Assembly: GCA_033764015.1 (NCBI GenBank)
Contig: JANRJK010000017.1
Coordinates: 64,001 to 128,000, forward strand
Origin: Candidatus Sumerlaeia bacterium
Lineage (GTDB): Bacteria; Sumerlaeota; Sumerlaeia; SLMS01; JANRJK01
Reading direction: 5' to 3'
DNA: 64,000 nt
The position numbers were made by a program, and so were the translations under genes. The notes under the pieces are model-generated. The model did no database searches. It was not told the DNA's origin and saw only the letters and a list, made by a program, of their open reading frames with translations. This document shows positions 38,726 through 48,861 of this stretch, piece by piece (within the stretch, counting starts at the first letter, position 1; each line of letters opens with the position of its first letter).

Positions 38726-41700
38726 CTAGACCACGTAGTACACGCACTCCGGGTGGTGGAAGACGATCGCGACGGTGCTCTGCTCGGGAACGAGTTGGAA
38801 GTTCTCCGTGAGGCGGACGCCGAGTTGCTCCTCGACCGGGAGGATGCGCCAGACGAGCGCGTGGTCCTCGAGGTTGGGGCAGGCGCTGTAGCCGAAGCTG
38901 TAGCGCTTCCCGCGGTTTTCCGGGATGCCCCAGAGTTCCTGCAGGCGCTTGTGGTTCCAGGCGGCGAGCGCCTCGGCGGTTTCCGTGGCGAAGCCGTGGA
39001 AGAAATACGCCTTGGTGACGTCGCCGGCGGCGTGCCACTCGTCGTAAAGCTCGCTCGCCTTCGGCCCGACGGTGACCACCTGGAGCGCGATCATGTCCTT
39101 CTCGCCGCTGTCGACGGGGCGGACGTAGTCGCTGAGGCAGAGGAACTCGTCGCGGCCCTGGCGCGGGAAGTCGAAGCGCCCGATCTCGAGCTCCGTGTTC
39201 TCCGGCGAGTAGACCACGAGCTGGTTCCCCTCCGCGGCGGCGGGGTAGAAGCCGTAGAGCACGCGGGGCTGGAGCCACTTGAAGCGCTTCGCCTCTCGTT
39301 GCAGCTCGGAGAGCTTGGGCATGAACTGGTCGCGGACCGTGCGGTCGTACTCGTCGCCGCGCTGGCCCTTGGCGCCCCAGCCCACGCGGAAGAGCTGCGT
39401 GTGGTCGAGGTGCTTCCAGACCTCGTCGAGGGGGATGCCGTCGAGGAGCTTCCAACCGAGGAAGGGGGCCTCGGGGAGGGGCACGTCGCGGCGGACCTTG
39501 CTGCGCTGGGCGGCGCCGTTCGAGGCGCCGTTCGCGGCGGGCGCTGCGGCCTTCGCGGTCTCGAGCTCGCGCTGGTGGACGGCTTCGGCGTGGATGCGTC
39601 CGACGAACTCCGCGCGGCGGTCGCTCATCAGCGTGTCCATGATGTCGAGGCCCTCGAACGCGTCCTTGGCGTAGAACACGCCGGGGGCGTAGCGCTTCGA
39701 CGTGTCCGCGGGGTCGTCGCCGAGGAACATCGTGCGGCGCCCGAAGCTGCGGTTGATCGCCGCGCCTCCGATGATGACGGGGAAGGTGAGCCCTTGGCCT
39801 GCCAGCTCGCGCACGCAGACGGGCATCTGCTTCGACGTCGAGACGAGCAGCGCGGAAAGGCCGATCGCGTCCGCGCCGACCTCCTTCGCCTTCTCGATGA
39901 TCGTCTGCACGGGGACCTGCTTGCCGATGTCGTACACCGTGTAGCCGTTGTTCGTGAGGATCGTGTTCACGAGGTTCTTGCCGATGTCGTGGACGTCGCC
40001 GAAGACGGTGGCGAGGACCAGCTTCCCCTTCGTGACGCCCTCCTTCTTCTCGAGGTACTGCTCGAGCGCGGCGACGCACTTCTTCATCACCTCGGCGCTT
40101 TGGAGGACGAAGGGGAGGATCAGCTCGCCGGCGCCGAACTTGTCGCCGACCTCCTTCATCGCGGGGAGGAGGACGGTGTTGAGCGTTTCGACCGCGTCGC
40201 GCTTGTGCGTGCCGATCAGCGCGTGGACGCACTTGTCCGCGTCCTGCGGCTTGCGGTGGAGGATCTTGTAGTGGATCGCGCGGGCGAGGCCCTCCGCGTC
40301 GTCCCAGTCGATTGCGTCCTCGCGGACCGCGGCGACCGTGGCGGCGCCGGACTTGCCTTCGAAGTGCTCGATGAGGCGCGCGAGCGCGTCCGGACGGCGG
40401 TCGTAGACCAGGTCGTCGGCCAGCTCGCGCTCCGCGCCTGGGATCTCGAAGTACGGCAGCACGTGCGCGGCGTTGATGATCGCGGAGTCGAGCCCCGCGG
40501 CCATGCAGTGGTGGAGGAACACGGAGTTGACCACGGGGCGGGCCGCCTTCGGCAGGCCGAAGCTGACGTTCGACACGCCGAGCGTGGTGAGCGCGCCGGG
40601 GAGCTTCGCCTTGATCGCGCGGATGCCGTCGATGGTCTCGATGGCGGAACGGCGGAACTCCTCCTCGCCGGTGGCGAGCGTGAACGTGAGCGCGTCGAAG
40701 ACGAGGCGGCCCGGTTCGAGGCCGTACTCGCCCACGCAGATGTCGTAGATCTTCTTCGCGACCTTGAACTTCACGTCGGCGGTCTTCGCCATGCCGCCTT
40801 CCGACTTGTCGATCGTGAGGGCGATCACGCTGGCGCCGTGGTCGATCACGAGCGGCATCACCTGGTCGATGCGCTCGCGTCCGTTCTCGAGGTTGATCGA
40901 GTTCACCACCGCCGCGCCGGGGTACTGCTTGAGCGCCGTCTCGATCACCGAGGGTTCCGTCGAGTCGATGACGAGCGGCGCGTCGACGGACTGGGCGACC
41001 AGCTTGACCGTGCGGCGCATCTGCTCGTCCTCGTCGGCGCGCTCCGTGAGCGCGGTGCAGACGTCGAGCAGGTGCGCGCCGCCGTCGACCTGCGACACCG
41101 CGATGGGCACCAGTTCATCGTAGTTGTCGGCGAGGAGCAGCTCCTTCACCTTCTTCGAGCCCTGCGCGTTGAGGCGCTCGCCGAAGAGCGTGACCGTGCC
41201 GTCCTGCTTGAGGGCGACAGCCTTCATGGGGCTGGCGGCGAAGATGCGGCGCGGCTCGGCGAGGGCTTCGCGCCAGCGCGCGCGCCCGGCGAGTCCGCGC
41301 ACCGCCTCCGCCGCCGCGGCGATGTGGTCCGGCGTCGTGCCGCAGCAGCCGCCGACGATGTTCAGGCCGTTCTCGCGGGCGAACTCGCCGAGCAGTTCCG
41401 CGAAGGGCTTCGGCTTCATCGGGTACACGGTGCGCCCGCCCTCGTTGAGCGGCAGGCCCGCGTTCGGGATGCAGGAGACGGCGAGGCGGCCGTTCTCGCA
41501 CAGGTAGCGCACCGGGTCGCGCAGGTAGTCCGGGCCGACGCCGCAGTTCATGCCGACCACATCGACGCCGAGGCCGTCGAGCGTCCAGTACCAGGAGCCG
41601 ATGTCGTTGCCGAGGAGCATGCGCCCGGTGAGGTCCAGGCTGGCCTGCACCATGATCGGCACGCGGCGCGCGACATCGAGCATGGCCTGCTTCACGCCGT

Positions 41701-42226
41701 AGATGGCGGCGCGCGCCTCCAGCGCGTCCACCACCGTCTCGATCAGCAGCGCGTCGACGCCGCCCTCGATCAGGCCGCGGGCCTGCTCGCGGAAGAGGTG
41801 CGCCAGCTCGTCGAAGCGGATCTGCCCCAGCATCGGGTCGTTGGTGCTGGGCATCATGCCGGTGGGGCCCATGGAGCCGACGACGAAGCGCGGCCGCTCG
41901 GGCGTGGCGAATTCGTCGCAGACCTCGCGGGCGAGCCGCGCGGCGGCGACGTTCTGCTGGTGGACGATCCCGCCGACGCCGTACTCGTCGAGCTTGAGGC
42001 GCGTGGAGCCGAAGCTGTTGGTTTCGACCGCGTCCGCGCCGGCCTTGAGGAAGTTTCGGTGCACCGTCTTCACGACGTCGGGGCGTGTCTGGCAGAGGTA
42101 GTCGTTGGCGCCGTCCTTGCCGCCGAAGTCCTCCGGTTTGAGGTCCATCGCCTGCAGCGACGTGCCCATGGCGCCGTCGAATACGATGATCTTCTCGTTC
42201 AGGACTTCAAGGAACCGGCTCTTCAT
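38726..42226 (-). CDS. metH: Cobalamin-dependent methionine synthase
   Basis: FDGAMGT, GGCCGTTP, GERLN, GDVHDIGKN B12 motif, RYSFGYSACP. Confidence 0.96.
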   Translation of the reverse strand: MKSRFLEVLNEKIIVFDGAMGTSLQAMDLKPEDFGGKDGANDYLCQTRPDVVKTVHRNFLKAGADAVETNSFGSTRLKLDEYGVGGIVHQQNVAAARLAREVCDEFATPERPRFVVGSMGPTGMMPSTNDPMLGQIRFDELAHLFREQARGLIEGGVDALLIETVVDALEARAAIYGVKQAMLDVARRVPIMVQASLDLTGRMLLGNDIGSWYWTLDGLGVDVVGMNCGVGPDYLRDPVRYLCENGRLAVSCIPNAGLPLNEGGRTVYPMKPKPFAELLGEFARENGLNIVGGCCGTTPDHIAAAAEAVRGLAGRARWREALAEPRRIFAASPMKAVALKQDGTVTLFGERLNAQGSKKVKELLLADNYDELVPIAVSQVDGGAHLLDVCTALTERADEDEQMRRTVKLVAQSVDAPLVIDSTEPSVIETALKQYPGAAVVNSINLENGRERIDQVMPLVIDHGASVIALTIDKSEGGMAKTADVKFKVAKKIYDICVGEYGLEPGRLVFDALTFTLATGEEEFRRSAIETIDGIRAIKAKLPGALTTLGVSNVSFGLPKAARPVVNSVFLHHCMAAGLDSAIINAAHVLPYFEIPGAERELADDLVYDRRPDALARLIEHFEGKSGAATVAAVREDAIDWDDAEGLARAIHYKILHRKPQDADKCVHALIGTHKRDAVETLNTVLLPAMKEVGDKFGAGELILPFVLQSAEVMKKCVAALEQYLEKKEGVTKGKLVLATVFGDVHDIGKNLVNTILTNNGYTVYDIGKQVPVQTIIEKAKEVGADAIGLSALLVSTSKQMPVCVRELAGQGLTFPVIIGGAAINRSFGRRTMFLGDDPADTSKRYAPGVFYAKDAFEGLDIMDTLMSDRRAEFVGRIHAEAVHQRELETAKAAAPAANGASNGAAQRSKVRRDVPLPEAPFLGWKLLDGIPLDEVWKHLDHTQLFRVGWGAKGQRGDEYDRTVRDQFMPKLSELQREAKRFKWLQPRVLYGFYPAAAEGNQLVVYSPENTELEIGRFDFPRQGRDEFLCLSDYVRPVDSGEKDMIALQVVTVGPKASELYDEWHAAGDVTKAYFFHGFATETAEALAAWNHKRLQELWGIPENRGKRYSFGYSACPNLEDHALVWRILPVEEQLGVRLTENFQLVPEQSTVAIVFHHPECVYYVV

Positions 42227-42436
42227 CAAGGGGCTAAACCTGTTCGGTCGGGATGGCGGCGCGCGGCCTTGCGCCGCGGGCGGCACCGTTGCACCACGCG
42301 CGCCGCGCCATCGGCAAGGCGATTGAGGGGCGGGGCAGGGGTGTGTGCGGCAACCCCGCGCCGACGCGACGCGGCTTGACGACGGGCGCGCGGTCGCCGC
42401 GACATGGGCGCACCCCAGACGAAGGTCCCTCCAACC

Positions 42437-43660
42437 ATGCGCGTGCTGATGGTGTCGCCGCATTTCCCCGCCGAGCAGGAGCAGTTCTCCCGGGCACTGA
42501 AGGAGACGGGCGCGGAGCTCTACGCCATCGCCGACGTGCCGGAGCAGCAGCTCCCCGGGCATGTGCGCGGCTACCTTTCCGGCTACATGCACGTGCCGAG
42601 CCTCTTCGAGGAGCAGGCGATCGTCGATGCCGCCGCCGCGTGGCTCCGCGGGCGCGAGCCGGAGCGGATCGAGTGCCTTTGGGAGCCGTTCGTGCTGCTG
42701 GCCGCGCGCCTGCGCGAGCGCTTCGGCGTCCCGGGGATGAGCTACGAGGTGATCCGCGCGTTCCGCGACAAGGACCTGATGAAGAAGAAGGTCCGCGCGG
42801 CGGGGCTGCGCGTGCCCAAGTCCGAGCGCGCCCGCACCGTGAACGAGATCTGGGCCGCCATCGAACGAATCGGCTATCCGGTCATCGTGAAGCCGATCGC
42901 CGGCGCCGGTTCGGCGGACACCTACCGCCTCGATTCGAAGGGCGAGACCGAGGCGATCCTGCCGCGCATCGCCCACGTCGAGGAGGTCAACGTCGAGGAG
43001 TTCATCACCGGCGACGAGTTCACCTTCGACGCCGTGTCGATCAACGGCAAGGCGGCGTTCCACAGCGTGAGCCAGTACCACCCGTGCCCGCTCGACGCGC
43101 GCTCCCACGAGTGGATCTCCCCGGGCCAGATCACCTTCCGCGACCCGGACCGGGAGGCGCGCATCGCGCCCGGCGTGAAGCTCGGCCACGACATCCTCCG
43201 CGCCATGGAAATGGGCACTGGCTTCACGCACATGGAGTGGTTCCTCACGCCCGCCGGCGAAGCGGTCTTCAGCGAGATCGGCGTCCGCAACGGCGGCGGC
43301 CATCTGGTGGACATGATGAACTACTCGAACGACTTCGACGTGTTCCGGGGCTGGGCGCAGGCGGTGATGCGCGGCCGGTTCGAGGAGCCGATCCAGCGCA
43401 AGTACCACGTCGGCATGACGTTCAAGCGGGCCGAGGGGCAGGGCTACATCCGGCACATCGAGGGCATGGACCGGGTGCGCGCCCGCCTCGGCGCCGCGCT
43501 GGTCTGGGACAACCTGCTCCCCGTCGGCGCGCACCGCCGCGACTGGACCAAGACGCTGCTGAGCGACGGCTTCCTCTGCTTCCGGCACGAGAGCTACAGC
43601 GAGGTGCGCGCGATGCTCGAGTTCGCCGTGAACAACGTGCGGATGTACGCGTCGCCCTGA
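42437..43660 (+). CDS. ATP-grasp domain protein
   Basis: FRDKDLMK, GYPVIVKPIAGAGS, EEFITG, THMEWF, EIGVR. Confidence 0.85.
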   Translation: MRVLMVSPHFPAEQEQFSRALKETGAELYAIADVPEQQLPGHVRGYLSGYMHVPSLFEEQAIVDAAAAWLRGREPERIECLWEPFVLLAARLRERFGVPGMSYEVIRAFRDKDLMKKKVRAAGLRVPKSERARTVNEIWAAIERIGYPVIVKPIAGAGSADTYRLDSKGETEAILPRIAHVEEVNVEEFITGDEFTFDAVSINGKAAFHSVSQYHPCPLDARSHEWISPGQITFRDPDREARIAPGVKLGHDILRAMEMGTGFTHMEWFLTPAGEAVFSEIGVRNGGGHLVDMMNYSNDFDVFRGWAQAVMRGRFEEPIQRKYHVGMTFKRAEGQGYIRHIEGMDRVRARLGAALVWDNLLPVGAHRRDWTKTLLSDGFLCFRHESYSEVRAMLEFAVNNVRMYASP

Positions 43661-43687
43661 GCCGCTCCCCGGCGGGTGGAAACGAAA

Positions 43688-43717
43688 CCGGGGAGCCGGC
43701 TTGCGCCGACTCCCCGG
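43688..43717 (-). terminator. Hairpin terminator downstream of rpmE
   Basis: CCGGGGAGCCGGC-ttgc-GCCGACTCCCCGG followed by TTTCGTTT on the minus strand. Confidence 0.6.
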
Positions 43718-43754
43718 GGATATGGATCGCGGCGCGCCGTTCGGGCGCGGCGGG

Positions 43755-44021
43755 TTACTTCTTCGCGGCGGCGATCGCCTTGGACTTCTCGAAGCGCTTG
43801 CGGAACGCGTCGACGCGCCCCGCGGTGTCCACGAGGATGTTCTTCCCGCTGTAGAACGGGTGGTTGTCGCTGCAGATTTCGAGGAACACGCTGGGGAGTT
43901 CCTTGCCTTCGAACTTCGCCTTCGGGCCGTTGAGCTTGGTCGAGCGGGTCAGGATCTCCGTGCCCGAGGCGGGGCAGCGGTAGACGACGAACTCGTACTT
44001 CGGGTGGATCTTGTCCTTCAT
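43755..44021 (-). CDS. rpmE: 50S ribosomal protein L31 (type B-like)
   Basis: MKDKIHPKY...HPFYSGK..VDTAGRVDAFRKRF. Confidence 0.95.
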   Translation of the reverse strand: MKDKIHPKYEFVVYRCPASGTEILTRSTKLNGPKAKFEGKELPSVFLEICSDNHPFYSGKNILVDTAGRVDAFRKRFEKSKAIAAAKK

Positions 44022-44263
44022 CGGAGGGCTTCCTTTTTCTGCGGGGGCCTCATTGGTTCGGCGCCGTGGCGACGGAGGATTTCCGCATGGTCTTCCGGCG
44101 CGAGCGTCGTGGCTTCGTCGATGAGCATGACCGGGATGCCGCCCTCGATCCGGTACGCGCGTCGCGTCTCGGGGTCGGTGCTCACCAGCCGTCCACCGTC
44201 GAGCACCAGCGGTGCTCGCGATAGGGGGCAGGCGAGTATGTCGAGCAGGTCACGGGGAATCAT
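44018..44263 (-). CDS. Trm112/YcaR-family protein
   Basis: LLDILACP...YRIEGGIPVMLIDEA. Confidence 0.85.
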   Translation of the reverse strand: MIPRDLLDILACPLSRAPLVLDGGRLVSTDPETRRAYRIEGGIPVMLIDEATTLAPEDHAEILRRHGAEPMRPPQKKEALR

Positions 44264-44465
44264 CGGCGGGCCCTTTCCGCGCCAAGTGGAAATGCTTGCT
44301 GGGTGGGAGCGCGGCCACGCAAGGACAATCGCCCGGGAAGGCGCGCCCGCCGGGGGGCGACTCCGATTGCCCGCGGGGACGCCGGGGGCGCCTTCATGGG
44401 ATGCTGCGGCGGCGCCGGGCCGGTCCGAACCCGCAGACGGAACACTCCCCCGAGGATCCCCTCCC

Positions 44466-44843
44466 ATGAGCCTCATCGACATGCTGCGCGGCAACGCCAC
44501 GGAGGCGGACGCCGAGAAGATCCGCAAGGAACTGGAGCCGCTGCTCGTGCCCGGCGAGGAGGTCGAGCGCGCGTACCGCCTGGTGCGCGACCTGATCGTC
44601 TTCACCACGCACCGCCTCATCTTCGTCGACAAGCAGGGCGTCAGCGGAACCAAGGTCGAGTGGATGTCGATCCCCTACAACAAGGTGACCCGCTTCAGCG
44701 CCGAGACCGCCGGCCTGATGGACTTCGACGCCGAGTTCCGCGTCTGGGTCGGCTCGTCGGAGGCGCCGATCCGCATCGAGGTGGGGCGCAGCGTGCCCGT
44801 CGCGGACCTGCTGAAGGTGCTCGGCAGCCACGTGCTGCGCTAG
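44466..44843 (+). CDS. Bacterial PH domain protein
   Basis: RDLIVFTTHRLIFVDKQGVSGTKVEWMSIPY..FSAETAG. Confidence 0.88.
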   Translation: MSLIDMLRGNATEADAEKIRKELEPLLVPGEEVERAYRLVRDLIVFTTHRLIFVDKQGVSGTKVEWMSIPYNKVTRFSAETAGLMDFDAEFRVWVGSSEAPIRIEVGRSVPVADLLKVLGSHVLR

Positions 44844-44879
44844 CCCGCCGCAACCGGGGGCTGGAGTACCGCCGCGTTG

Positions 44880-45152
44880 TTAGCCGGATGGGCGTCGCCG
44901 TTCCCAGAAATCCGCCGACTCGAGGACCTCGACGATTTCGAAGTCGACGAGGTCCTCCCAGTGGCGCGTCCAGCCGGCGAGGGCCTCCCGGTTCGGCGCT
45001 TCCATGAGCTGGTAGCAGACGGAGCCGTCGGGGACGATCCAACTCGCGATGTAGTGGACGTCCCCGGGCATCATGCGTCCCCGCGTGCGGAAGCGTTCGC
45101 CGGTCGGGCCGATGTCCCCGCCGCGGAACCTTTCGATGATCATGAACCTCAC
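44880..45152 (-). CDS. DUF3303-like small protein
   Basis: FMIIERF..GRMMP..YIASW..CYQLME..WEDLVDFEIVEV; GTG start with GGAGGAG. Confidence 0.75.
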   Translation of the reverse strand: MRFMIIERFRGGDIGPTGERFRTRGRMMPGDVHYIASWIVPDGSVCYQLMEAPNREALAGWTRHWEDLVDFEIVEVLESADFWERRRPSG

Positions 45153-45183
45153 AAGGTCTCCTCCAGCCGGCTGTGTCGTGGAC

Positions 45184-48100
45184 TCAGTCCATGAGATCCC
45201 AGTCTTGGACCGAAGTGCTCGCATTGCCCGCCCACCATTCCGAGAAGGTGGCCACCGGGCCAAAGGTGATCGCGGAGCCACCCACGGTCGCCGGATGCTC
45301 GTCCACGACAATGCCGGCTTCGATTTGGAAGACCGTGTCGATGACCCCGTTGAGCCCATCGGCGCTGGCGGGATCGTAGGCCCAGAGGAAGGTCGCTTGG
45401 GCGCCGCTGATATCGCCGGAGATTTCGAGGTACTCGTCGATGAGCCGCGAGGGTGTCATGCCCGCGGGCGCCGCCGTGCTGAAGCGGCGGTTCACGGTCA
45501 TCGTGGCCCCGGGGTCGGGAGAGCCGGCCACCGTGGCCGTCACGTCCAGCTCGTTGGTCATGGGGAACGGATAGCTTCCGGGCGCGGAGATCTCGTGGGT
45601 GAACGGCCCGGCGTCGGCGTTGTACACGACCGTTAGGAGCGTCGTCGGAGCCGCGCTGGCATTGCCCGCCAGGTCCGTTGCCGACACGGCGAGTTCGTAT
45701 ACACCGTCGCTGGCCGGCGCGAACGCCACCGCCGCGGCGGTGCCGGGAAGCGCGGCGAAGGGGGTGAACGCACCGGCGCCGGCCTCGCGGACCAGCAGCG
45801 TCGCGGCGGCGATCCCCGCGCCGCCCTCCCCCGGGTTGTAGTCGACCGTGACCGGCGCGGGACCGACCCGCGTCGCGTCGAAGGTCCCCAGCGCGGGCTC
45901 GGGCGCCGTGAGGTCGACGACCACGGTGATGGTGATGTCCTCCGCCGTGGCGTTGCCCGCGGGGTCGGTGGCGCCTCCCGCGGGGACGGTGAGCGTGACG
46001 GGGCCTTCGCCCGCGGCTAGGATGTCGAAGGTGAACGAGCCGCCGGCGGACAGCGAGCCTTGGATCGATCCGTTCGAGACGACGACGCTGCCGGCTCCGA
46101 ACCCGGGCGCCGGGGTTTCCGAAAGGATTAAGTCGACCGAGAACGCGAGGCTGTTCGTGGCGTCTCCGAACGCGGTGGAGAAGGCGCCCGCAGGGGCGGT
46201 CCCGATTCCGCCGCCCACATCGGTGAGCGCGGTCCGGAAGCCGAGCGAGTTCTGGCGGTTGTCCCGGAGGAACGCGGACACGGCCACCGTCGCGTCGCCG
46301 CCCTGGAGCATCTCGCCGGTGTTCCATGTGAGGATGCGCTGCAGCGGCGTCCCCGCGGCGACGGAATCGGGGGTGGCGGATAGGCTTCCCCGCGCGCTGC
46401 CTGCCAACGTGTAGCTCCCGGGGAAGAGGTCCTGGTTCTCCACTGGCTCGCTAAAGGTCACGGTGATCTCGCGGGGACCGGTTACTTCGACCCCGGTCAC
46501 CGTGGGGGTGCTGTTGAATAGGAGCGTCGCAATCCCGTTACCCGAGTTCGCCGCCGCGAGATCCGGCGACCCGTTGCCATCGATGTCGCCGACCGCCAGC
46601 CGTTTTGGAAAGTTGGCCGCCTCATACCCGGGGAGCGCCGCGAAGATTAGCGAGCCGAAGTTGCCGATGACCGAGATGGTGTTCTCGTCGGCCACGGCGA
46701 CGGCGAGGTCGAGATCGCCGTCGCCGTCGAGGTCGACGGTGCGGGCGTGCTTGTTGCCGGAGCCGGTCGGGACGCCCGCTGCGAGTGTGAACCCGCCGGG
46801 CCCGGAGTTGTGGTAGACGCGCGTGTGGGTGTCCCCGTTGTGGGGCACGATCAGTTCCGGGCGTCCATCGCCATCGAGATCGGCGAGTTCGATGCCGTGG
46901 GGCTGATCGAGCGTCGCAACCGTCGCCACGGAGAAGGTGCCGCCGTTGTTCGTGTAGACCGCGACCAAGTCCGCGGCTTGGAGGGCCACGGCGAGATCCG
47001 TGTCTCCGTCGTTGTCGATGTCCCCCTGGGCGAGCGCGGTTGGTTGACCACCCTGCGCAAGCGAAGGTTGGAGGACAAACCCGCCGTTCCCGTCGTTCAG
47101 CAGCACCCGCAACTGGTTCAGCGTCGTCAGCGAGACAACCAGGTCCTCCCCATTCACGCCGTCAACCTCGAGCGCCTCCACCTCGCCGGTGATTCCCGGG
47201 ATCGGCATCGCGTGCGAAGAAGCGAGGCTGTATGTGCCCGATCCGTCGTTCTCGAAAATCTGGAGGCTCCCGGTGTTTGCGAGCGAGGCGAGATCCGTGT
47301 CGCCGTCCCGGTCCGTGTCGAGGAGGGTGAAGCGCTGGATGCCGATGGAGCCTGCGATGGATTCGGAGGCCGAGAAGGCGCCCGATCCGGTGTTTCTGCG
47401 GAGGACCACGGCGGCACCCGATTGCGTGCCACAGAAGAGGTCGACGTCACCGTCACCGTCCGCGTCGGCCGCGTCGATGTCCACAAACGGCGGGCCGATG
47501 GCGAGCGACTCCGCGAGGTGAACGCCCCCCGCCGCGTCTCCCATGAAGGTGCTGAGGCCGTTCGCCCCGGCGATGACGAAGTCGGGCGCCGCATCGTTGC
47601 CGAGCATGCCCGCGCTTACGTGGGTCGGAGGCAGTCCGTGGCGGAGGACGAAGGGCGTTGTGTTGAACGCGCCCGTACCTAGGTTGTGGTAAATCCCGCT
47701 ATGCGAGCCGATGTTGCTCACCACCAACAAGTCCAAGTCCCCGTCCAGGTCCACGTCTCCGGCGGCGAGTGGACCGGGCTGTGTGATCCCGGTGAGCGCC
47801 GCCAGGTCGGTGACCGACACCACGTCGTTGCGGATGATCCGGAGCTGGCCGGAGCCGCCCTGCGCCAGCACCATGTCATCGTCGCCGTCGCCATCGAGAT
47901 CCACCGGCAGCTCGCCGGTCTGGGTGGCTGAAGGGATGATCGATGGCGAGTTGAACGATGTCCCGTTGTTGATCGCCCTCAGGAACGGCGCCGCGCCCAA
48001 AGCGCGCCCGAACAAGTCGGGACGACCGTCGGCGTTCAGGTTCGCCTCGTGGAGGCGGAAGGGAGTGCTCGACGCGGAAACCGGGGCGTTCGCCGAGAAA

Positions 48101-48630
48101 TCGCCCGCGTTGTCCCCATAGAACACATCGAGCGCGGCGGCTCCCGTGGAGACGATGTCCAGACCGTCGGAACCATCCACCTGCATGAGCACGACGTCGT
48201 ACGAGGGGTTTGAAGTCGCGAGGACCGTTCCCGCAGTCATGACGCCGAACCCGTCATTCAGGAGCACACGGACGCCCGATGTTCCGGTAAGGCCGACAAC
48301 CAGATCCGTGTCCGAATCGCCGTCGAGGTCACCCGCTGCGATCGGGTTGGGCGAGTTGACCACGGTGGTTTGCAGCGGCGGCAGGAGGCTGCCGTCCGGG
48401 AGCCCAAGGTAGACGAGGACAAGGCTGCTGGCGGGAATCGTCGCGGCGACGTCGGAAACCCCGTCGTTATTGAGGTCGGCGATCACTGTCTCCGAGACCG
48501 CGCTGGCGGTTCGGTAATCGACCCGGACGTTGTCGAAGAGCCGCTGCGCGGGCGCGGTCCGCGCAAGGACGCCTGAAATGACGAGGGCAGCGGCGAGGGC
48601 TCGGCGGCTGCGGAAGAGCTTGGTGTTCAT
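45184..48630 (-). CDS. Secreted FG-GAP/VCBS-repeat protein with Ig-like C-terminal domains
   Basis: Signal peptide; more than 10 DxDGDGDxD repeats; DxAGN Ig-like motifs; ends TSVQDWDLMD. Confidence 0.88.
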   Translation of the reverse strand: MNTKLFRSRRALAAALVISGVLARTAPAQRLFDNVRVDYRTASAVSETVIADLNNDGVSDVAATIPASSLVLVYLGLPDGSLLPPLQTTVVNSPNPIAAGDLDGDSDTDLVVGLTGTSGVRVLLNDGFGVMTAGTVLATSNPSYDVVLMQVDGSDGLDIVSTGAAALDVFYGDNAGDFSANAPVSASSTPFRLHEANLNADGRPDLFGRALGAAPFLRAINNGTSFNSPSIIPSATQTGELPVDLDGDGDDDMVLAQGGSGQLRIIRNDVVSVTDLAALTGITQPGPLAAGDVDLDGDLDLLVVSNIGSHSGIYHNLGTGAFNTTPFVLRHGLPPTHVSAGMLGNDAAPDFVIAGANGLSTFMGDAAGGVHLAESLAIGPPFVDIDAADADGDGDVDLFCGTQSGAAVVLRRNTGSGAFSASESIAGSIGIQRFTLLDTDRDGDTDLASLANTGSLQIFENDGSGTYSLASSHAMPIPGITGEVEALEVDGVNGEDLVVSLTTLNQLRVLLNDGNGGFVLQPSLAQGGQPTALAQGDIDNDGDTDLAVALQAADLVAVYTNNGGTFSVATVATLDQPHGIELADLDGDGRPELIVPHNGDTHTRVYHNSGPGGFTLAAGVPTGSGNKHARTVDLDGDGDLDLAVAVADENTISVIGNFGSLIFAALPGYEAANFPKRLAVGDIDGNGSPDLAAANSGNGIATLLFNSTPTVTGVEVTGPREITVTFSEPVENQDLFPGSYTLAGSARGSLSATPDSVAAGTPLQRILTWNTGEMLQGGDATVAVSAFLRDNRQNSLGFRTALTDVGGGIGTAPAGAFSTAFGDATNSLAFSVDLILSETPAPGFGAGSVVVSNGSIQGSLSAGGSFTFDILAAGEGPVTLTVPAGGATDPAGNATAEDITITVVVDLTAPEPALGTFDATRVGPAPVTVDYNPGEGGAGIAAATLLVREAGAGAFTPFAALPGTAAAVAFAPASDGVYELAVSATDLAGNASAAPTTLLTVVYNADAGPFTHEISAPGSYPFPMTNELDVTATVAGSPDPGATMTVNRRFSTAAPAGMTPSRLIDEYLEISGDISGAQATFLWAYDPASADGLNGVIDTVFQIEAGIVVDEHPATVGGSAITFGPVATFSEWWAGNASTSVQDWDLMD

Positions 48631-48670
48631 GGGTGGTGCCATTCTCCGAGGCTGGTTAGCGCCGCCGCCG

Positions 48671-48686
48671 TACGTTCTGCGCCGTA
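48671..48686. promoter_or_regulatory. TACG-N8-CGTA box (putative BlaI-family operator)
   Basis: TACGTTCTGCGCCGTA upstream of the FG-GAP gene. Confidence 0.6.
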
Positions 48687-48770
48687 GGTTCGGCCCGTGA
48701 AGTGGAGGCCGGTTGGTGGGTCCCGCGGCGGAGTGCTTGATCAGAGGCGACCTTGTTGCGTGTAGTGTCG

Positions 48771-48792
48771 TACGAATTGCCACGTATGTCAA
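48771..48792. promoter_or_regulatory. TACG-N8-CGTA box abutting a minus-strand TTGACA
   Basis: TACGAATTGCCACGTA-TGTCAA, same layout as upstream of the blaI-like gene. Confidence 0.7.
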
Positions 48793-48861
48793 CCGGGGGA
48801 TTTCGGAATCCGAAACCGGCCCCCTAGGCTGCCGGTCTCGGATTCCGATCGAGGCGGTAGG

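Noticed and set aside
38753..42379. 1208-aa plus-strand ORF and similar long antisense ORFs (e.g. 4373-5959, 8990-11128, 48916-51156)
   Set aside because: Shadow ORFs opposite well-supported genes; expected from GC-rich codon bias; no recognisable motifs.
42227..43588. Long N-terminal extension of the metH ORF (also the upstream extensions of lon, pfkA, gldA-like and others)
   Set aside because: Overlaps genuine genes on the other strand or is low-complexity; homology begins at the downstream ATG.
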